Origin: Breznakia sp. PF5-3
Lineage (GTDB): Bacteria > Bacillota_I > Bacilli_A > Erysipelotrichales > Erysipelotrichaceae
Direction: 5' to 3'
Length of the DNA: 27,721 nt
Assembly (NCBI RefSeq): GCF_029504745.1
Contig: NZ_JAQFIQ010000030.1
Location: 1-27,721 of the forward strand
Shown here piece after piece: positions 16,401 to 22,800 of the stretch; position 1 is the first letter of the stretch, and every line of letters starts with the position of its first letter. The notes under the pieces are model-generated. The model had not been told where the DNA came from. It made no database searches and was given only the letters and a program-made list of their open reading frames with translations. A program made the position numbers and the translations under genes.

Positions 16401-18132
16401 CATTTTCAGAAACTAGAATTTGATACTTTGGAGCTGCCGATTCAAAATGAATTAAAACTTCACTAATATCTTTTACTTCACCTAAGTCAACCGTTAACCA
16501 TGCTTCATCAATTTTATTTCCTGACCATCTTGTAGACATACTTCCATCTACAACGTTTTCACCAACAAACTGTGGATATTTCCACGTACCATCAGTATTT
16601 TTATCACCCTCAACACCTGAATAAGTGACAGCTTTTTTATATGCTAAATTAAATGTTTCTAAATCATTATAAGCTTTTATCAAAGCTTCTGTTGCTGTAT
16701 TAACTTGTTCTTGTGTAGTAAGTGTATTTACACCTGTTTTAGCATCTTCTAAAGCTTTTTCAAATGCTTTTGTACTTGTTTCAGTAAATGCTTTTGTATC
16801 TACTGCTTCATATTCATTAATCATTGCCTTTAACCATTGATATGACACAGCATCTTCATCTAAGAACTCTACTTCCGCCCAGAATAAGTTATGATCAGAT
16901 AATGTTGTTTTCACATTTTGAACATTATTGATCTTTAAATTTCTACTCACTAAAATATTATCAATACAATTATGCTTCATTGTATTATCAACACCATTAT
17001 AAGTTTCATGCCAAATTCCATCATATCCATTTGCCATATCCATATCTTCTAAGAAGGTATAAAACTCACTATAGTATTGATCCGCATTAAAATCTCCTAC
17101 GGCAATCTTATATTCAATAGGATCTGCTGCCAGAGCTGCTTTCAATTGAGCAAATTGTTTTTCTCTTATTTTTGGTGTTTCCCAACTTAAATGCAAGTTA
17201 TAAAAAGCAATCTTTTTTCCATTTTTCGTTATAACTGAGCGTTGAAAAACACGAGCTTCATCTGCCCCCGTTGTATCTACATATGTTGTTGATGTATCAT
17301 CAAGAGCATAACGTGATGCACTTCCAATTCCATATTGTCCACCACTAAAATCAATCGCTTTAGAAAAATAACTTGCCGTATAATTATTGGAAGCAAATTT
17401 TTCTAACATATCATAATTATTTCTACCTGTATTTACATCAACTTCTTGTAAACCTACAATTTCAAGATTATAAAGATCACTAAGATTACGTTGTGCATCA
17501 ACATCAGGTTTTTTTCCTGCTGCAATATTGAATGTTCCAACCCGTAGTGTATCATCTTTAATTGCCATATCATCATGTTCATATACTTCTAATTCATAGA
17601 TACTACTACCATAGTAACTTCCATTCGTAGCATGTAACCATTGTTTATGTTGCACATATTTCACATATCGTGCACTCTTTCCTTGTGCAGAAAAAGTCTT
17701 AGAAACCGTATTTCCACGACTTCCATCGCTGATGTTAGCAATCGAAGTATAGGTCTTTCCATCTTTGGAGATCATTATTTCATATGCTGTTGTTTCCGCA
17801 TGAAAATCTACTACAATATCTCCGATGCTATATTCTTTTCCAAGGTCAACTTCTAACCATTGTTCATATGCTTCTGGTCCTGCTTTAATATTTTCAGCAG
17901 ACCATCTTTTATTAACATCCTGTGTAATTCCATCAACTGCCATTTCTCCAACAAATTTTGGATAAGTCCATGTGCCATCTCCTTTTTTTCCACCTTCAAC
18001 ACCAGAGTATGTCACCGTTTTATGCAATGCTAAATTATCTGTTTCAGCAGAAATAACAGCTGAAAATGAAGTTTGAAACATACTGATTAGCACAGCTAAT
18101 CCTAAACTAAGCTTTAATATTTTCTTTATCAT
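12031..18132 (-). CDS. Giant secreted polysaccharide lyase family 8 enzyme (hyaluronate/chondroitin-lyase type). Domain order: F5/8-C, EEP, FIVAR, F5/8-C, 2x Big_2, PL8, FIVAR stalk, TM anchor
   Basis: PL8 signatures TGNWWDWQIGCTHQL, DGSVIQHTAHAYTGSYGNELM, RGWHTADGALYLY, YWTAIDSLRLAGTTTD. EEP block LRVGTFNIAAGK...GLQEV...GDFNAD...LSDHNLFWAEVEF. Big_2-like VTYVSDNELVAKVDTDGTITGVGAGTATITVKS. Signal peptide MIKKILKLSLGLAVLISMFQTSFSA. RBS AAGGGGGAAAT before the ATG at 18132. Confidence 0.92.
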   Translation of the reverse strand: MIKKILKLSLGLAVLISMFQTSFSAVISAETDNLALHKTVTYSGVEGGKKGDGTWTYPKFVGEMAVDGITQDVNKRWSAENIKAGPEAYEQWLEVDLGKEYSIGDIVVDFHAETTAYEIMISKDGKTYTSIANISDGSRGNTVSKTFSAQGKSARYVKYVQHKQWLHATNGSYYGSSIYELEVYEHDDMAIKDDTLRVGTFNIAAGKKPDVDAQRNLSDLYNLEIVGLQEVDVNTGRNNYDMLEKFASNNYTASYFSKAIDFSGGQYGIGSASRYALDDTSTTYVDTTGADEARVFQRSVITKNGKKIAFYNLHLSWETPKIREKQFAQLKAALAADPIEYKIAVGDFNADQYYSEFYTFLEDMDMANGYDGIWHETYNGVDNTMKHNCIDNILVSRNLKINNVQNVKTTLSDHNLFWAEVEFLDEDAVSYQWLKAMINEYEAVDTKAFTETSTKAFEKALEDAKTGVNTLTTQEQVNTATEALIKAYNDLETFNLAYKKAVTYSGVEGDKNTDGTWKYPQFVGENVVDGSMSTRWSGNKIDEAWLTVDLGEVKDISEVLIHFESAAPKYQILVSENGSDWTKVYEEMNGEHGVDGVVQASFTMTKARYVKYQQLERWLHSNKQLYSTSFYEMEVYKEFLIEEITLPSTSDVISIGDEIALKPEITPTLAQHKAVTYVSDNELVAKVDTDGTITGVGAGTATITVKSAVDDNVFATFEVEIVDGPVKVSKLVFDEEELNLTPRDKRFVEYSVYPSKAIDADLEVTYSSDDENVAVVNKDGLVECVGLGKAVITVASKENPEIKATLDVNVEQPTYNPDYDTMQDRWLRRVVGDDTLDLNDPDVAAYIKNVSDEAQELWDSMHKESDRTTLWDMSDSTVAADYTTQFTKIKKLTLAFGTKGSALYQNKALYNDILSALDFMVVNRKYNGVYYTGNWWDWQIGCTHQLVDTLIILKDYSEYTDIEAAVKSVEGYAKDPAIQWPSYTASGANRTDIGLAVLGSAIVARNDSRMNLVLTKVPDVMKLVTKGDGLYADGSVIQHTAHAYTGSYGNELMKGIGKIQSITAGTDWEIKDARIENVYNTAVEGYIPLMERGRMMAMVNGRSISRAPGTNPFTTELASGSETISNLMLISQFAPEKYSSQIDEAIKYWLQGSAEEYDFFANARDIESLLNAKALLNDNNIEAKRYTGMKVYGSMDRITQSKDTYAVGLSMYSSRINNYEYGNTENPRGWHTADGALYLYTNDFKQYGEGYWTAIDSLRLAGTTTDTRSRNNGSDQSEKSAQSLVGGVSDGINGTGAMFLNKGHVTNMNLKAKKSWFFLGDKIVAVGSDIDGTTTDTIETTIENRVISDDSKISVNGTKWTNAKETLNLGEGSYVHYDEASTNTQIGYYFPTAQDVKALVEERTGKYSDINNYFVNDKTYTMDFFSLGINHGSTSVDGKYEYVLFPDASEASLAAYAKDNDLEIINNENAHAISEGNVFALNTFADNIEVNGFKVSAPACIYTETVDGVMTISISNPKQNAISLKLELTDGYKSLVSKSDKVTQNGDETFSINTSGAAGKTFTIVVELNVDRSELDEKIAEAEAIIDDDKEDTMTSSSWDAFKDAYETAVNLDVDASASEVKEAVKALDEAIKNLEPRASKEAVDALETLIDTCKTMEDDFTEADFADMKALIEESETLLAKGREDLSSSEVSKAIEDLFEAKKVLEANKAETNSLLDTLEIHVEIAQDILDGDTSSYRPGKVKELETAVAEGKALVEANSKDKAAIIAATDKIADAMSQLWDIVDKSELTSLIIIAEKYAEADYSAESWAKLETALAAAKTVVANDDATETEVAKAYKDLFDAINGLERKINTEALEREIAAVEKILENKTKYVASSIKGLPAALESAKKVLANGKTQAEIDAATKALTKEKLKARLKADTSALSKMVTKANNLEVKGYTAGSVNTLNAAIKEAQAVLNNEEVTQEEVKAAELKLQKAMNGLKKVSSPSKAATSAKGVASGDTTDVNTLVSLMALAGLAMYGTYRRKKYIRK
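13440..15700 (-). other. PL8 lyase core (alpha-helical N domain + beta-sandwich domains)
   Basis: Extends from DYDTMQDRWLRRVVG to ...KTFTIVVELNV and contains all PL8 motifs listed for the parent CDS. Boundaries are approximate. Confidence 0.75.
16864..17547 (-). other. Endonuclease/exonuclease/phosphatase (EEP, DNase I / sphingomyelinase fold) domain embedded in the PL8 protein
   Basis: The ordered EEP catalytic motifs appear retained: FNI(N), LQEV(E), NLHLS(H), GDFN(D,N), IDNIL(D), SDHN(D,H). Confidence 0.75.
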
Positions 18133-18214
18133 ATTTCCCCCTTGTTTTATTAATCATTCTTCAATACATATGCAAACATAAAAACCAAACCAATAAAACC
18201 TCCTCTCTAAGAAG

Positions 18215-18286
18215 AAAAAAAGGGCAATTCAAAATAAACCATCATATGATTTATTAGTCTTGCCCTTTATTCAGTTACAATCCAAT
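18215..18286 (-). promoter_or_regulatory. RAT-like antiterminator target overlapping an intrinsic terminator (leader copy 3, upstream of the PL8 gene)
   Basis: Minus strand: UUGGAUUGUAACUGAAUAAAGGGCAAGACUAAUAAAUCAU-AUG-AUGGUUUAUUUUGAAUUGCCCUUUUUUU. GGATTGTAACTGAATAAAG-GGCAAGAC is the copy closest to the sacB/licS RAT (GGxTTGTTACTGATAAAGCAGGCAAGACC). Outer GGGCAA/UUGCCC and inner AAUAAAUCAU/AUGGUUUAUU stems are followed by U7. Confidence 0.75.
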
Positions 18287-18331
18287 TTTATCTATTCATT
18301 TTTTACTTCTACTTTCATTATATCGAAAGCC

Positions 18332-18359
18332 ATTATAAAGTATTTGCATAAAATAGCAA
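18332..18359 (-). promoter_or_regulatory. Sigma-A-type promoter for the PL8 leader (TTGCTA-16-TATAAT)
   Basis: -35 TTGCTA (18354-18359), 16-nt spacer, -10 TATAAT (18332-18337) on the minus strand, about 45 nt upstream of the RAT box. Confidence 0.6.
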
Positions 18360-18395
18360 AATATTTGTACTTTTTAAATTTCTAAATATTCAACA

Positions 18396-18434
18396 ATAAA
18401 AACCCCCATATTAGGTTTTTATCTAATTGGGGGT
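18396..18434 (-). terminator. Intrinsic terminator after the GH20 gene
   Basis: Minus strand ACCCCCAAUUAG-AUAAAAAC-CUAAUAUGGGGGUUUUUAUU. GC-rich CCCCCA/UGGGGG stem base followed by a U tract. Confidence 0.8.
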
Positions 18435-18442
18435 TATCATTA

Positions 18443-19842
18443 CTATTTAGTATGTTTCAATCTTTTTCTGAATGTTCCATACATCGCAAGTCCTGCCAAT
18501 GCCATCAAACCAACTAGACTATTTATATCTGTTGTATCTCCTGATGCTACTCCTTTCGCTGATGTCGATGCTTTTCTACCTCCATCTTTACTACTTGGTG
18601 CTTTGCTTGGACTATTTACTTTCTTTAAGTTTTTCATCGCTTTTTGTAACTTCATTTCTGCTGCTTTCACTTCCGCTTCACTTACTTCTTCATTCTTAAT
18701 GACTGCTTGTGCTTCTTTGATTGCTGCATTCAACGCTTTTACACTGTCTGCTGTATATCCTTTTACTTCTAAGTTGTTTGCTTTTGTAACCATCTTAGAT
18801 AACGCACTTGTATCTGCTTTCAATCTTGCTTTTAACTTCTCTTTTGTTAATGCTTTTGTTGCTGCATCAATCTCGGCTTGCGTTTTACCATTTGCTAATA
18901 CATTCTTAGCACTTTCTAATGCTGTTGGTAATCCTTTGATTGATGATGCTACATACTTCGCTTTGTTTGCTAAGATCTTTTCAACCGCTGCGATTTCTCT
19001 TTCTAACGCTTCTGTATTGATCTTTCTTTCCAATCCATTGATTGCATCAAACAAGTCTTTGTATGCTTTCGCCACTTGTGCTTCTGTTGCATCATCATTC
19101 GCTACTATCGTTTTCGCTGCTGCCAATGCTGTTTCTAGTTTTACCCAGCTTTCTGCACTGTAGTCTGCTTCTGCATACTTCTCAGCAATGATGATAAGTG
19201 ATGTCAATTCACTCTTATCAACAATATCCCACAACTGACTCATTGCATCCGCAATCTTGTCTGTTGCTGCGATAATCGCTGCTTTGTCTTTGCTGTTTGC
19301 TTCTACTAATGCTTTTCCTTCAGCTACTGCTTTTTCTAATTCTTTTACTTTTCCTGGTCGATAGCTACTTGTATCTCCATCTAAGATATCTTGTGCTATT
19401 TCCACATGTATCTCAAGTGTATCTAGTAAAGAATTCGTTTCTGCTTTATTCGCTTCTAATGCTTTCTTTGCATCCAATAAGTCTTCTATTGCTTTGCTTA
19501 CTTCACTTGATGAAAGGTCTTCTCTACCTTTTGCTAGTAATGTTTCACTTGCTTCAATAAGTGTTTTCATACCTGCAAAGTCTGCTTCTAAGAAATCATC
19601 TTCCATTGCTTTACAAGTATCTATTAATGTTTCTAATGCATCTACTGCTGTTTCTGATGCACGTGGTTCTAGATTCTTAATTGCTTCTTCTAATGCTAAT
19701 TTGGCTACTTTCACTTCAATAGCTGAAGCATTTTCATCCAAATTCACAGCTGTTTCATAAGCATTCATAAATGTGTTCCATGAAGATGATGTCATTGTAT
19801 CTTCTTTATCATTGTCGATGATTGCTTCTGCTTGTTCAATTA
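18443..19842 (-). repeat. Copy B of the roughly 1.4 kb near-identical coding repeat (FIVAR stalk + C-terminal anchor module)
   Basis: See copy A. Protein tracts such as KAETNSLLDTLEIHVEIAQDILDGDTSSYRPGKVKELE and SQLWDIVDKSELTSLIIIAEKYAEADYSAESW are identical in both genes. An extra 10 codons (PSSKDGGRKA-like) lie at about 18566-18595. Confidence 0.9.
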
Positions 19843-22800
19843 GCGCTTGCAATTCTTTATTATCGCCTCTTTCATTTAATACTAACGATGTCATCTTAGA
19901 CATTAATTGTCCTTTCATGATTTCTACATTATTAGCATCTGGATTTGTTTCTTCTACCAAAGTTTTTGCTTCTGCTATTTTATCTTGAAGCGCATCCCAA
20001 GATTCAGAAGTATAACCAATATTTTCAATTGCTTCTGCTTGTTCAATTAATGTACTCAAGCCATCAGTATCGGCAACTGTGTTTGCCAAGTGTAATTTCA
20101 ATTCCGTAGCAGTACCATTGTTATTAACCGCTTGAAGATATACTAAACGTACATGTTGAGTAGTTACTTCATCAAATTCTAAAACAACTGCATCTCTTGT
20201 AGATGTTGAAAGTGTTCCTTCTTTTACTTTCGTATAATTAATACCATCACTACTTACTTGAACTTCATATTTTGTAGCCATTCCATTTGTTCCACCAGTT
20301 TGACGTGGTAAATATGTTAATCCATTAATTGCTTCTGGTGTATCAATTTTTAAATCAATCCAATGCGGCATTATTGTTATGTTCCAATTTGTATGCCACA
20401 TTGTTCCTTCATCACCATCAATTGCTAATTCAGGACCTGAACCTCCTTGATAAGATGATGCAGTAGCTTTAAGTCTATTATTATCAACATAATTTATGTT
20501 TCCTTTAGCTTTTAACTCTAATCCTTGTAATGCATCTGCAAGAAGTTTTTCATAACCATCTACTACATCTTGTAAAGATATAGGAAGATCTTCACGAATA
20601 CTTTCTAATACAGATGTTAATACATTTACAGAAGCATCTGTAAACATTGATAAGTCATCTGCGATAAGATTGCGATATGCATCTACACGACTATAATCTG
20701 CTTTTTCATAATCAAGTGTATCAATAATGTTATTTATTTGTTCAACTAATGTTTGTACTTCATTAGCATCTGGTGCAAACTTACCTAACACTTGCTCAGC
20801 ATCTTCCACAAGTGCTGTTAATTCTGCATTTTCTTTATCTTTTAATATTTCTTTTGCATTCCATATTGCATAATCCAACTTCATTGTTGAATTGTATTCT
20901 TTACTAACACCTAAACGTACATCATCTACATATCCTATGAAACTATTACTCTTACTTCCAATTCTAGCAAATGGAATCATCGTTGTTGCTAATAGTGGTC
21001 TTCCTTCTACTTTTTCACCATCACCAAGTGTATCAACAAGTTCTCCATTAACATATAATTGTGCAACGTTATGTTGATTTTTAATTTCTAATTCAACCCA
21101 TTCATTTACTGGCAATGTATAATCAAATGAATAATCAAAGTTTTCTCTTGTGAATCCCACTTTACCAGTATCTTTTTGAACAGCTTTAATACTTCCATAG
21201 TCACTCTCAAATAAAATTTGTTCATCTGTACTATCTGAAGTTCTTTTTACTTTTACACGAAGATCGTTTCCTAAACCTATGGTTGTAAGCTCACTCTCTA
21301 CATAACTCTTACCACCTTTTAGAGAAAGAGCATTTTTATTATCAACCTTTTTGATTTCAGCATTCTCTCCAGCTTTCAAATCTCTTTTATTTGCTGTACT
21401 ATCTGTTAATGAATCCATAAGGAAATGAGCAATTTCTTCTCCCTTACTATCTACTTTATAATCAAAGTTTGTACCTGGTGCACTTCCTAGAATATCTTTT
21501 GTAGCGGTTGCTTGCGCTAGATCCATTGATCCTTTTCCCCACAATTTCGCCGCCATTAATGGAATTGGTGCCTTTATACGATCGTATACATCATATTCAC
21601 TTACTCCATTATCAAGATAATCAGTCATATCATTCCAAACCGCAATTGCTCCACCAATCATCTGCTTATCACCTGCTGGAATTGTCACACCACCAATAGA
21701 ATTAATCGCTAAGTTGTATACCGTACCATTATTTAAATAATCATAATAGTACCCTGCATTTGGAACGATATAATAATTTCCATCATTACAATTAATTAAA
21801 TCATAACCTTCTTCATACATTGCATTCATATTAGCATAACCAAAGTTCCATAAATTCATCTGTACATCTTTACTTCGTACAGGTGTTGTCCCTTTACTAA
21901 CGCTTAGACTACCCCAAATTCTTGCTGTTCTTCCTGTATCTTGCGTATATTTCAACATATCATCTGCAAACTTACGATAAGCTTCATGATTTGCATTATA
22001 TTCATCTGCTCCAACATGAATGATAGTATCTTCATCAAAGACAGGGTTTGATACATCAGAACCCATATATTCATCAAAGATGTCCTTTACAAAAGCAATA
22101 CTTTCATCATATTTTGATGTTAAGTTTAAATGATCATTATCACGTCCATATGTTCCATGACGCAAATCAGGACGCACTTTTGTAAGTGCCAATGAATGTG
22201 CTGGTGTATCAATTTCTGGAACAATATTAACTCCATAGATTCTTGATTCCTTAATGAAATTTCTAAACTCATCTTTCGTATAGAATACATCTGTACTTGT
22301 TAAATCCGCTTGATTTAATCCATTATTTCCACCTTTTTTAATATCTGATTCTAATCGGAATCCAGAATAAGCATCCATTGGATCTAACCCTTTTGCAGAA
22401 TAATTTTCAAGTGGTATTAAATTATCATTTAAATGTACTTGGAAGTCATTCATCTTATACCATGACATTTCTTTAACAACTTGTTCTAAATAATCTAAAG
22501 TAAATGTTTTTCTACCAACATCTAAGATAAAACCACGAACCTCATAAAGTGGATAATCTCTCGTAATTCCTTTTGGAATACTATCATTGGCTTTTATACT
22601 TTGTAAAATTGTTCTTGTAGCCCAGTATGCACCTGTTGTTGTTTCTGCCTCTACTTTTACACTATCTGAGATATCAATGATATAACCTTCTTCTTGTAAT
22701 CCTTTTGATGTATCACTTGTAAGTGCAAAGTAAAAATCTTGTGCTGATGCACTACCATTTACAACTTCAATATCATTCCCTGTAATTTCCTTATAATCCT

